DNA of 64,000 bases, taken from an uncultured Methanosarcinales archaeon. Its GTDB lineage: Archaea > Nanobdellota > Nanobdellia > Woesearchaeales > DSVV01. The notes below the pieces were generated by a model, which was not told the DNA's origin, did not search any database, and worked only from the letters and a program-made list of their open reading frames with translations. The position numbers and the translations under genes are program-made. How positions within the stretch are numbered: position 1 is the stretch's first letter; each line of letters opens with the position of its first letter. The DNA is taken from NCBI GenBank assembly GCA_964469935.1, contig CAYXZQ010000002.1, forward strand, positions 319 through 64,318. Reading direction: 5' to 3'. Positions 46,595-55,476 of the stretch are shown piece after piece.

Positions 46595-46936
46595 TCAGCT
46601 GATTCCAACCAAATCCCCTGTTTTCGATTTGGAACCTGATATTACGCCCTTTCTGGCTTCGATTACGTATTTTGCCTTGTTTTTCGACGTGTAGAAAGTA
46701 AACGGCAGGAAATTCTCCTTTAAGTCGACTATCTTCTTATCCCTGTCCAGGAAGATGACATCGATGGGAAAGAACACGAAGAACATGTGAAGGGATATTC
46801 TCCTCTCCTTCTCGAATATGAACAGGAGGCTCTTTTTGGGCGAGAACATGAGCCCCCTTGCCTTCTCGGGAACGCTCCTGCATTCGGTGAATTCCCCTGC
46901 GATGAGCTTTCCGCTTGTCAGATTCATTATCGCCAT
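46595..46936 (-). CDS. DUF192-family small protein.
   Basis: 113 aa. 'GLMF...LLFIF......ISLHM.FV.FPIDVIFLDRDKKIV' matches the COG1430/DUF192 pattern. Confidence 0.5.
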   Translation of the reverse strand: MAIMNLTSGKLIAGEFTECRSVPEKARGLMFSPKKSLLFIFEKERRISLHMFFVFFPIDVIFLDRDKKIVDLKENFLPFTFYTSKNKAKYVIEARKGVISGSKSKTGDLVGIS

Positions 46937-49383
46937 TTTACCAGGTAGGCGACTGTCCTCAGGGTCTCAGGTCGCGAATTGTCGGCGATGAGCCTGAAAT
47001 CATCAAGGCCATAGCCGTCGAGGACCATCAGCCTTATGTACGTGCTGTCAGCGATGTTCTTGTCGACCACGATCGCGTTGTATTTGTCGCTTCTTGGATA
47101 GATAACCATCGTGTATTCTGACTTGCTGTCATAGCTGAACCTGGTCAGGTTCCCGTCGATGAAGAACCAGAGCCCTGCCAGGTCGACATTGTTATGTCCC
47201 GTCCTAGAGTTGGCAGTGACTTGCGTGCTCCCGACACTGCATGTGAACGTATCATTATCCCTGCTGCAGTCGTAGGCTGTGAAGGCCTTGTAGGTCTTCT
47301 GCTCGTCGCTCGGCAGGTCGAAATCCCAGTATGCGTACTCCTGAACAGTATGGAAGCGGGTGAACATGTCGTCTGTCAGCGCGATATAGGTGACAGGGGC
47401 ATCACAGTGGGTGTATCTGGTGATCCGCCTGTCCTGATTGTTCTGGGCCAGGTATTCGTCAGCCTCTGTCTTGTTGAGCTTCAGGATGCTGTCAAGTACG
47501 CCAATCTTCCCGTTCATCGAGAGGTTGCCCTTCACAAGGCTGAGCGCCTTCTTCTCGCCGTTGCATGAAAGCATCCGGATGATGCCTGCGGAAAGGTTCT
47601 CGTCCGGTGTCATCAGGGCCTTGGCCATCCAGTAGGTCCTTGGCATGCTCGGAGCTGCCTTGAGAAGGACGTCCCTGTCAGACAATGCATAGAAGAAATG
47701 GCCTTTGTCCCACCAGGTGAATATCTTGGCATCAGGAGGGCTTACCTCCCCTATCTTCACGGCAGTGTTGTACAATGAGTCGTCCATCCTGGGCTTGATG
47801 CTCCTGACCGAGCTGTAGTCGGCCATGAACTGGCTCCCGATTATGAAGAGCAGAAGGGCTATGACCAGCACATAGGCAAGCGACCTGATGATGGTGTCCT
47901 TCTGGTCTATCCAATGGATGAATCTCGGTATCGAGTCAATTATCAAAAAAAGGCCGAACCCGAAAAGTATGCATATGTATGGGATGGAGAAAGGGAATAT
48001 CCTTATCGCCTTGAAAGCGGCGGGTATCATGATTGCTGCCGCTGTCAGTGCGAGCAATGGGCCGAAGGGTATGTCCTCCGAATCCGCAGCCCTCCAGAAT
48101 GTATAGGCAGCAGCCAGGAGCACTATCGCCAAAAATACCGGCCCTCCGAGCCTCGGGACCATGTCGCTGAAAGGGAGAGGCTGGAGCTCTGAGATTGATG
48201 AATAGCTGTCCGGCCATACCCCCTGCAGGCTGCCAGAGCCAAGATAAAGCTGTATCTTGGCAGGCATGAAGCCTATGAGAAACTTGAGTCCCAGCAGCAC
48301 TGCGATGACGATTATCAGGCAGACCAACACAAGATAAGCGATGCGCCCATTCGTTGTCTTGTCGGCTGTCAGCTTATTGAAGAGCCAGAGGCCGAGATAG
48401 ACAGCTGAGATGGCAGCAAGCAGGCCTATGACTATGTAATACCCTGTCCACGTGAACCTGAAGAGGAGAAGGAGCAGGACCAGTGATGCCCCTGCTATAA
48501 TCCTGTTCCTCAGCTTTTTCTGGAGAATCAGTTCAAGGAACACCCACGATATCGCGAGCATGAAGAATATGTTGATGGTATTGGTATCGCTCATCCCTGC
48601 AAGGCTGTACTTGAGGAATTCAGGGTGTATGGCAAAGGTTGCGGATGCGATTAAGCCTGCCAGGTCTCCTGCAATCCTCCTTGCAATGAAATATATAGGG
48701 AACATGGTCAATGCCACGAATATCAGCGGGATGTAGAAGCTTGTCGTCATCATTGACACGGTTTTGTTGAAAAGGGAGATGAAATTATGGAAGTAATACT
48801 CGAAGAAAGACAGGAAATCCTCGAGTTTCCCGTCCTTTGCGTTCTTGTAGTAGCTGTAGGGGTCTATGCCGTAGAGGTATATCTGCCCCTGCGGATCCCT
48901 GAAGCTGTCCCTGAGGCTTTCGGCCTTCTGGGCGATCTGCGCCTGGTACTGGTCTATCTTTTCCTTGACCTGCTGGTCTATGAGCTTGGTCTTCTGGTCA
49001 TCGCTGTAATAGGGGTACATCTGGTTGACGTCCTGTGTTATCTGCGGCCTGAATGTGGCGTCGGCAGACATCCTAGCCCAGTCATCCATGAGCGGGAGGC
49101 CTGCGTAATGCAGCCTTACGCCTACTGAGAGGATGATGGACAGGATGATGAAGATGACAGGGGCATATCTCCTGAACCAGGCAGGTGTCTTGAAGGCCTT
49201 GTGGTCTTCCCTTGCCTTCTTCTTTTTTGGACTGCGGGAATGTCTCTTCTTCACCTTCGGCTTTGGCTTCGGCTTATTCATCGCCTTTGACGCAATCTCC
49301 TGCTGCTTCTTCCTTATCATGTCTGCGCGCAGCTCGTTGCTGATGTCTGTGTCCCCTATGTTGTCCATGGGAAATGAAATCAT
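46927..49383 (-). CDS. aglB: Second STT3/AglB-family oligosaccharyltransferase paralog (818 aa) with a Lys/Pro-rich cytoplasmic N-terminus.
   Basis: EL1 'YGIDPYSYYK'. 'TWWDKGHFF' is a WWDYG variant. 13 or more TM helices plus a C-terminal soluble domain. The N-terminus reads 'KPKPKPKVKKRHSRSPKKKKARED'. Confidence 0.75.
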   Translation of the reverse strand: MISFPMDNIGDTDISNELRADMIRKKQQEIASKAMNKPKPKPKVKKRHSRSPKKKKAREDHKAFKTPAWFRRYAPVIFIILSIILSVGVRLHYAGLPLMDDWARMSADATFRPQITQDVNQMYPYYSDDQKTKLIDQQVKEKIDQYQAQIAQKAESLRDSFRDPQGQIYLYGIDPYSYYKNAKDGKLEDFLSFFEYYFHNFISLFNKTVSMMTTSFYIPLIFVALTMFPIYFIARRIAGDLAGLIASATFAIHPEFLKYSLAGMSDTNTINIFFMLAISWVFLELILQKKLRNRIIAGASLVLLLLLFRFTWTGYYIVIGLLAAISAVYLGLWLFNKLTADKTTNGRIAYLVLVCLIIVIAVLLGLKFLIGFMPAKIQLYLGSGSLQGVWPDSYSSISELQPLPFSDMVPRLGGPVFLAIVLLAAAYTFWRAADSEDIPFGPLLALTAAAIMIPAAFKAIRIFPFSIPYICILFGFGLFLIIDSIPRFIHWIDQKDTIIRSLAYVLVIALLLFIIGSQFMADYSSVRSIKPRMDDSLYNTAVKIGEVSPPDAKIFTWWDKGHFFYALSDRDVLLKAAPSMPRTYWMAKALMTPDENLSAGIIRMLSCNGEKKALSLVKGNLSMNGKIGVLDSILKLNKTEADEYLAQNNQDRRITRYTHCDAPVTYIALTDDMFTRFHTVQEYAYWDFDLPSDEQKTYKAFTAYDCSRDNDTFTCSVGSTQVTANSRTGHNNVDLAGLWFFIDGNLTRFSYDSKSEYTMVIYPRSDKYNAIVVDKNIADSTYIRLMVLDGYGLDDFRLIADNSRPETLRTVAYLVKWR

Positions 49384-49474
49384 GCAGGGTTATATATAAT
49401 TTTTGCTGGAAAACTTCTCGATTTCCCTCAATAATTCCAAAATATATTTAAATGATGCTTGAGCCCCGGGCATC

Positions 49475-50107
49475 ATGGATGCAATAATAATCGCAGGCGG
49501 CAAGGGGACGAGGCTCGGCGGCAATATCCCCAAAGCCCTTGTGGAGGTCAAAGGAAAGCCCCTGGTGGCCCACCAGATAGATTACCTCCTGCAGTCCGGG
49601 ATTGTCGACAGGTTCATCCTGGCTCTCGGACATAAGTCAGAGATTGTAATGGAATTTGTCAAGAAAAGATATCCAGATGAAAAAATAATTTTTTCAGTCG
49701 AGGAGCAGCCTCTTGGTACAGGTGGAGGGGTAAAAAAGGCGATGAAGCTGGCCAGATCAGATTATGTCATTGCCCTCAATTGTGACGACGTGACCGATAT
49801 CGACGTAAAAAAGCTCGCTGCCATGGGTGAGAACACCATATGCGTCGCACACCCCAGGCTCATATTCGGCCTCGTGATAGAGAAGGACGGATATGCCATA
49901 TTTAACGAGAAGCCCGAGATCAAGGACTGGGTGAACTGCGGATGGTATCTCCTTGACAGGGTTGAGATGCTCAGGATCCTCCCGGACAAGGGAAGCCTGG
50001 AGATTGATGTGTTTCCGAACATCAGGATGAGGGTCTTCAGGCACGAGGGTTTCTGGAAGACCGTGAATACCCAGAAGGACATCGACGAGTTCGACAAAAC
50101 TATCTGA
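49475..50107 (+). CDS. Sugar-1-phosphate nucleotidylyltransferase (NDP-sugar pyrophosphorylase, short form).
   Basis: 'AIIIAGGKGTRLG' is the G-x-G-T-R nucleotidyltransferase motif. It is 210 aa. A TATA-like 'atatatttaaatg' lies upstream. Confidence 0.7.
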   Translation: MDAIIIAGGKGTRLGGNIPKALVEVKGKPLVAHQIDYLLQSGIVDRFILALGHKSEIVMEFVKKRYPDEKIIFSVEEQPLGTGGGVKKAMKLARSDYVIALNCDDVTDIDVKKLAAMGENTICVAHPRLIFGLVIEKDGYAIFNEKPEIKDWVNCGWYLLDRVEMLRILPDKGSLEIDVFPNIRMRVFRHEGFWKTVNTQKDIDEFDKTI

Positions 50108-50698
50108 TCAGCCGAGTTTCAGGCTTTCCAGAAGGTGTCTAGCGCATGTCTCAGCGTCGTCCTTGCCTGAATCAAGGATCATTTCTGGACTCTTGGGTTC
50201 CTCATAAGGTGCGCTGACCCCTGTGAAATCCTTGATCTTTCCTTGTTTTGCCTTCTTGTACATCCCTTTAGAATCCCTCTTCTCGCATTCCTCTACAGGG
50301 CATCTAACATAAATCTCGATAAAGTCATCCCCAATAAGCCCTCTTGCTTTCAGTCGGTCTCTTTCATACGGGCTTATGAAGCAGACCAGCACGAAAATGC
50401 CTGCATCATGAAGAATCCTCGCGACCTCCCCTATCCTCCTTATGTTCTCTTCCCTGTCTTTTGGACTGAACCCGAGTTCCGAATTGAGGCCATGCCTGAT
50501 GTTGTCGCCGTCAAGTATGTAGGTTGGAAGGGCGGCATCATGCATCTTCTTCTCAGCCAGGGCTGCAATCGTGGACTTGCCTGAGCCAGAGAGGCCTGTG
50601 AACCACAGGACCTTGTTTTTCCTTCCGCCGAGAAGCCTTGTCCTGTCCTCTCTTGAGACGAGTCCTCTGTGCCATACAATATTTTTTGATGCCATCAT
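50108..50698 (-). CDS. cysC: Adenylyl-sulfate (APS) kinase.
   Basis: 'VLWFTGLSGSGKSTIA' (P-loop) and 'LDGDNIRHGLN', 'FISPY' are canonical APS kinase motifs. Confidence 0.9.
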   Translation of the reverse strand: MMASKNIVWHRGLVSREDRTRLLGGRKNKVLWFTGLSGSGKSTIAALAEKKMHDAALPTYILDGDNIRHGLNSELGFSPKDREENIRRIGEVARILHDAGIFVLVCFISPYERDRLKARGLIGDDFIEIYVRCPVEECEKRDSKGMYKKAKQGKIKDFTGVSAPYEEPKSPEMILDSGKDDAETCARHLLESLKLG

Positions 50699-50776
50699 GT
50701 CAAGGGTTCACGGAACCTATAGGGTTTATCCGTGCATTTCCGGAACTGCGAGAGCTGTACTGCTGATATCGATCTT

Positions 50777-51571
50777 TTAGCCATTTTTTATTATCTCCAG
50801 GAGCTCATTATGATTCCTGTTGTTGGATGCCAGAAATCCGCTCTTCTTCAATGGGTTTTCCTGGTTGTATATCAATTCTTTTCCATCAAGGTCAGTCATC
50901 CTGCCCCCTGCCTCCTTTATGATGATGTCCATCGCGCATATGTCCCATTCATTGACAGGCCCGAGCCTTGGGTAGAGGTCTGCCTCCCCTTTTGCGACCA
51001 GGCATCCCTTGACAGAGCTTCCTGTCACAACTGCCTCCCTGAACCTTTTCATTAGTTTCCTGAGCTTTTCCGATTGATGTGACCTGCTCACGGCTATCTC
51101 CATGTATTTCGGGTCTGAGGTCGACGATACCTTTATTCCCTGGTCCTGGTAGAATGAGCCTTTTCCCTCAGTAGCATAATAAAGCTCGTCTGTCACCGGG
51201 ACATAGATGACTCCGATGATTGGTCTTCCGTCCTGGACAAGCGCGATGTTGACTGTGAACTCGCCGTTCTTCTTGATGAATTCCTTGGTGCCGTCGAGCG
51301 GGTCGATGATCCACACCATGCTGCTATCCTGCCTCTTCTTGTCATCCTTGCCTTCTTCGGTGAGGATGGGGATGTCCGGGAAACTTTCCTTGAGACCTAT
51401 GACAATCACACTGTTGGCAGCCAGGTCAGCCCTTGTCAGCGGGCTTGTGTTCCCTTCCTGGTCCTTTTTCTCAGTGATGTCGAAATCTTCTGAGTTGTAG
51501 ATTTCGAGAATCTTTTCCCCGGCCATGATGACAAGCTCTTTTGCATTCTCCAGCATTGATGAGATGTCCAT
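50777..51571 (-). CDS. cysQ: 3'(2'),5'-bisphosphate nucleotidase / inositol monophosphatase family (CysQ-like PAP phosphatase).
   Basis: 'WIIDPLDGTKEF' (DPxDGT), 'EEGK' and 'GGRMTDLDG' are IMPase-fold metal-site motifs. Confidence 0.75.
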   Translation of the reverse strand: MDISSMLENAKELVIMAGEKILEIYNSEDFDITEKKDQEGNTSPLTRADLAANSVIVIGLKESFPDIPILTEEGKDDKKRQDSSMVWIIDPLDGTKEFIKKNGEFTVNIALVQDGRPIIGVIYVPVTDELYYATEGKGSFYQDQGIKVSSTSDPKYMEIAVSRSHQSEKLRKLMKRFREAVVTGSSVKGCLVAKGEADLYPRLGPVNEWDICAMDIIIKEAGGRMTDLDGKELIYNQENPLKKSGFLASNNRNHNELLEIIKNG

Positions 51572-51899
51572 ATTCCCATAGATTGCAGGGGATTTTATAT
51601 AATTAATGATTGTCCAGCCTATAGGATATCAAAGGCGACGGGAATTTCCAGGTAGGTCATCTTGCGCCTCAGTAATCAGCCTTTTCCGTTCTTGCCGATT
51701 TTCCAGATTTAACTTTGTCATATAGCACGGAACAACACATTTTAAATATTAGTTCTACACCCTCTGCCTTATTTTAGAGTCACTGCATAGTAAAGAAAAT
51801 GTTCTGGACAGGTGACGCATAGTATAGATTCCGACTTGAGAACCTAATTTAATAATAACATTTATATATTAATATATTAATTACTATAAAGGTATCAAA

Positions 51900-54485
51900 A
51901 TGTCTATTGACGAAGAAGTGAACAGAGAGATTGGAATACTCAGGAAGCTTAAAGATAGGCTTGCGAATACAAAAACAGGAAAAGTCCTTTCAGCGCTCTC
52001 TGTTTTCTGGGCAACTTACACTTTTTCGCCCGGAAGTGTCCAGGAGCTCGTTTCAGTCCTCAATAACAGGATAAACATCACGGACTTTATAGGTTTCATG
52101 CCGGCTGCCAGGGCGCAGGACTTCAGCTTTGCCTGCGACCCAAACAATGAGCCTGACCTGTGGGGCTATAAGATATTCTATGGCAACCACAATGGAGGAC
52201 CATATGATGGGGCAGGAGGTTCAGAGAGCGATTCGCCTGTAGAATTTCCGCTGTCCGGTCTGCCTGACCCGAATAATCCGACATTCCAGATCCACGGACT
52301 TTCAAGCACAAAGAACTGGTATTTTGTCGCAGTTGCGCGTGACATATACGGCAATATAAGCAATTTTTCGAACCAGCTGCAGTGGCTGGGTGGTTCTGCG
52401 GACACGACTCCACCTGTAGTATCAGCCGATGCATTCTCAAGATACGTATCGGGCTCAGTCTTCAGGCGGACAGGGGACATCACGGACGATGTGGAGCTCG
52501 ATGACCCCGAGACACTGGAATTCTGGCTGCAGAAAGATGATGAAGCTGCTTTGGACATCACTGACCAGGTGAATGTGACTGTCGTGAATAACAGCCATTA
52601 TGCTTTCGACACAGGAAATATCACTGTGGGCGAAGGTGATTTTACTCTCACGATCAAGGCCTGGGACTATGAGGGGAACCAGGCTGTATACAGCGATTCC
52701 CAGACCCTCATCGAGAACCCGCCGGTTATCCTTTCAGATGACATGACCGGCGGTTTTTCAGGAGGGACGCTGAATCTTGATATCCCGTTTGAAGGTGTAG
52801 GTGTCTCAGAGGGTCACGCGGTTGTCGGAGGAAGGACTCTGGACCTGGTAATGGGAGACGGAGTCCTGCAGTTCGCAAATCCCATGCTGGTGTCTGATAT
52901 TGCAGAACATTACGGCGCATTGGATATCTCTCTTCACCTGACAAACGGGCTGGGCTCAGAGTTCACCAAGCACGGAGAGATCATCTTCGAATCCGAGACA
53001 GGCTCTCTCAGGCAGTCGCTCCAGAATCCCGTATCCCTGGATTCGATGGACAATTACCTGCTGTGGAACAACAATTATCCGCAGCTTTTCGGCGTCTCGC
53101 AGGACACGGCTGATTTCGTGGAAGGCAGTTCCAGCATGAAGGTGGATTATGCTTACGATCCATCTTACAGCAAAAGATATCTCTGGCGCTGGGTTGACAG
53201 CGGGAAGAGGGACTGGTCGGCAAAGAATGTAATGGACGTCTGGATAAGATCTGACAAGGATGCACGCATCGGCCTTATGGCCAGGAACTCCGGCTCATAC
53301 ACATCTATCAAGTGGATCGACGTTTCCGTAGGCTCCGGGGATTATGCAGTCGACATAAGCGACTGGAGCAGGGAGGACGTGGACAAGCTATATATCAAGT
53401 TCGACGGCCGTGAAGGTTATGACTACCAGATGAGCATCGACGACATCGTGCTGGCCGATGCTATTGTAAATCAATCCTCTGCCCAGAATATCCTAAACAA
53501 GGTCCAGCTGGATTCGATGGACAATTACCTGCTGTGGAACAACATATATCCCCAGCTTTTCGGGGTCTCGTTGGACACGGCTGAATTCGTGGAAGGCAGC
53601 TCCAGCATGAAGGTGGATTATACATACGACCCCTCGTACAACCAGAGATACCTCTGGCGCTGGATAGACAGCGGGAAGAGGGACTGGTCGGCAAAGAATG
53701 TCATGAGCATGTGGGTGAATTCCGACAGGGATGCGCGCATCGGCCTGATGGCCAGGAACTCCGGCTCATACACCTCGATCAGGTGGATCGATGTCAAGAG
53801 CGGCTCAGGCAGATATGTCGTCGACATAAGCGACTGGAGCAGGGCGGATGTGGACAAGCTCTACCTGAAGTTCGACGGCCGTGAAGGATATGACTACCAG
53901 ATGAGCATCGACGACATCTCCCTTGGTGACGGGTTACACGAGACAGGAGGAGGGCTTTTCGACTGGAAGACTCTGGACTCGATGGACAGTCTCCTGGCCT
54001 ATCTGAACAGATACCCTGAATTGTTCCAGCTTTCTGTTGATACTGCGAACAAGGTAGAGGGCTCAGGCAGCCTGAAAGTGGACTTCAGCTACAATCCTTC
54101 ATATTCTCCTGAGAGATACATCCACCGGCCTGTCGATTCAGGGGACCAGGACGAGTCGCAGTACAATGTAATGAGGCTTTGGACAATGGGGACGTTCGCC
54201 CAAGCAGGCCAGGCAGCGCAGATAGGGATAATGGCTCGGAATGCCGGGTCTTATACAGGAATACAGTGGTTTGACGTGGCCTCAGGCAAAAAATGGCAGA
54301 CCATGGACATAAGTCAGATGCCGAGGGACCTTTGGCAGTACCTTTATTTCAAGTTCAAGGGCGATGAAGGCTACGATTACCAGGTGAATCTCGACAGCCT
54401 GCAGCTGGTCGACACCAAAGGGGAGAAGAACGTGTACTTTTCTGATTCCAAGAATTCTGCACTTGTCATCAGATGGGATGACTGA
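51900..54485 (+). CDS. Large secreted or surface protein (861 aa) with an FN3-like N-terminal region and three tandem ~145-aa beta-sandwich/CBM-like repeats.
   Basis: The repeat unit reads 'LDSMDNYLLWNN.YPQLFGVS.DTA.FVEGSSSMKVDY.YDPSY..RYLWRW.DSGKRDWSAKNVM..W..SD.DARIGLMARNSGSYTSI.WIDV..GSG.Y.VDISDWSR.DVDKLY.KFDGREGYDYQMSIDDI'. It occurs three times. Confidence 0.5.
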   Translation: MSIDEEVNREIGILRKLKDRLANTKTGKVLSALSVFWATYTFSPGSVQELVSVLNNRINITDFIGFMPAARAQDFSFACDPNNEPDLWGYKIFYGNHNGGPYDGAGGSESDSPVEFPLSGLPDPNNPTFQIHGLSSTKNWYFVAVARDIYGNISNFSNQLQWLGGSADTTPPVVSADAFSRYVSGSVFRRTGDITDDVELDDPETLEFWLQKDDEAALDITDQVNVTVVNNSHYAFDTGNITVGEGDFTLTIKAWDYEGNQAVYSDSQTLIENPPVILSDDMTGGFSGGTLNLDIPFEGVGVSEGHAVVGGRTLDLVMGDGVLQFANPMLVSDIAEHYGALDISLHLTNGLGSEFTKHGEIIFESETGSLRQSLQNPVSLDSMDNYLLWNNNYPQLFGVSQDTADFVEGSSSMKVDYAYDPSYSKRYLWRWVDSGKRDWSAKNVMDVWIRSDKDARIGLMARNSGSYTSIKWIDVSVGSGDYAVDISDWSREDVDKLYIKFDGREGYDYQMSIDDIVLADAIVNQSSAQNILNKVQLDSMDNYLLWNNIYPQLFGVSLDTAEFVEGSSSMKVDYTYDPSYNQRYLWRWIDSGKRDWSAKNVMSMWVNSDRDARIGLMARNSGSYTSIRWIDVKSGSGRYVVDISDWSRADVDKLYLKFDGREGYDYQMSIDDISLGDGLHETGGGLFDWKTLDSMDSLLAYLNRYPELFQLSVDTANKVEGSGSLKVDFSYNPSYSPERYIHRPVDSGDQDESQYNVMRLWTMGTFAQAGQAAQIGIMARNAGSYTGIQWFDVASGKKWQTMDISQMPRDLWQYLYFKFKGDEGYDYQVNLDSLQLVDTKGEKNVYFSDSKNSALVIRWDD
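53020..54420 (+). repeat. Three in-frame tandem repeats of about 430-470 nt inside the CDS. Copies 1 and 2 are far more alike at the nucleotide level than either is to copy 3.
   Basis: For example, 'ctggattcgatggacaattacctgctgtggaacaac' occurs at 53038 and 53511. Long identical runs are seen through 'gactggtcggcaaagaatgt' and 'gcgactggagcagggcggatgtggacaagct'. Confidence 0.7.
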
Positions 54486-54546
54486 ACACCTGTCTCAGCG
54501 TGCATTTATAATAAAATTTAAATAAAAACCGGTTTCTCGGGTAGTT

Positions 54547-55476
54547 ATGGAATATTCAGTGATTATAGCCACGTACAATGAAGAGCAGAATGTCGAGCCG
54601 CTTTACAGAGAAGTAAAGACCGTCATGGACAAGATTACCGACGATTATGAGATTATCTTCGTCGATGACGGAAGCAATGACAGCACGTTCAGCCGGCTTG
54701 AAAAGCTGAATGCGAGGGACGCCAAAGTCAGGGTCCTGCAGTTCCGCAAGAATTTCGGCCAGTCAGCTGCATGGGATGCGGGCATAAATTTCGCCTCAGG
54801 GAACATTCTGATAACTCTTGACGGCGACCTGCAGAATGATCCTGCCGACATCCCCAAACTGCTCAAAAAGCTGGATGAGGGATATGATGCTGTCTCAGGA
54901 TGGAGATGGAAGAGGAAGGATGGCTTCTCGAAAAGGCTGTTCTCCCGCTTCTCGAAGCATATGCGGCGGCTGATAATCGATGACAAGCTCCATGATTCAG
55001 GATGCTCCCTCAAGGCATACAAGAAGGAGTGTTTCGAGGATTTCCATCTCTACGGCGAACTCCACAGGTATATCGCAGAGATGCTTGCGCTCAACGGGTT
55101 CAGGATAGGCGAGGTCAAGGTGAATCACAGGCCGAGAACCAAGGGCAGGACCAAGTATGGGTTGAAGCGCATATATAAGGGACTTCTGGATCTTTTTCTC
55201 ATCTGGTTCTGGAGAAAGTATTCAGGCAGGCCCCTTCACCTCTTCGGCGGTTTGGGTCTGCTGACTTCATTTATCGGCGCGATATGTTTTTGTTATGTGA
55301 TCTTTCTCAAGATTTTTTCGGACAGAGACCTCTCCAACAATTTCCTGTCCGTGCTGTCCGTATTCCTGGTAATTGTCGGCGTCCAGTTCTTTGTTTCCGG
55401 GATAATGAGCGACCTTCTCATCAAGAACCATTACAGGGATAAGAAGATATACAAGATAGGAAAGATCTTAAAATGA
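54547..55476 (+). CDS. GT2 polyprenyl-phosphate glycosyltransferase with a C-terminal TM pair (GtrB/ArnC/AglK-like).
   Basis: 'YSVIIATYNEEQNV', 'IIFVDDGSNDST', 'LDGDLQNDP' and two C-terminal hydrophobic helices. Confidence 0.8.
   Translation: MEYSVIIATYNEEQNVEPLYREVKTVMDKITDDYEIIFVDDGSNDSTFSRLEKLNARDAKVRVLQFRKNFGQSAAWDAGINFASGNILITLDGDLQNDPADIPKLLKKLDEGYDAVSGWRWKRKDGFSKRLFSRFSKHMRRLIIDDKLHDSGCSLKAYKKECFEDFHLYGELHRYIAEMLALNGFRIGEVKVNHRPRTKGRTKYGLKRIYKGLLDLFLIWFWRKYSGRPLHLFGGLGLLTSFIGAICFCYVIFLKIFSDRDLSNNFLSVLSVFLVIVGVQFFVSGIMSDLLIKNHYRDKKIYKIGKILK

Noticed and set aside
49475-50107. ATP sulfurylase partner for cysC.
   Set aside because: The motif GGKGTRLG and the 210-aa size match sugar-1-phosphate nucleotidylyltransferases, not the Sat/CysDN folds.
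53020-54420. A CRISPR-like or other non-coding repeat array.
   Set aside because: The repeats are about 430 nt, in frame and protein-coding, with no short spacer/repeat periodicity. No CRISPR array was found anywhere in the window.
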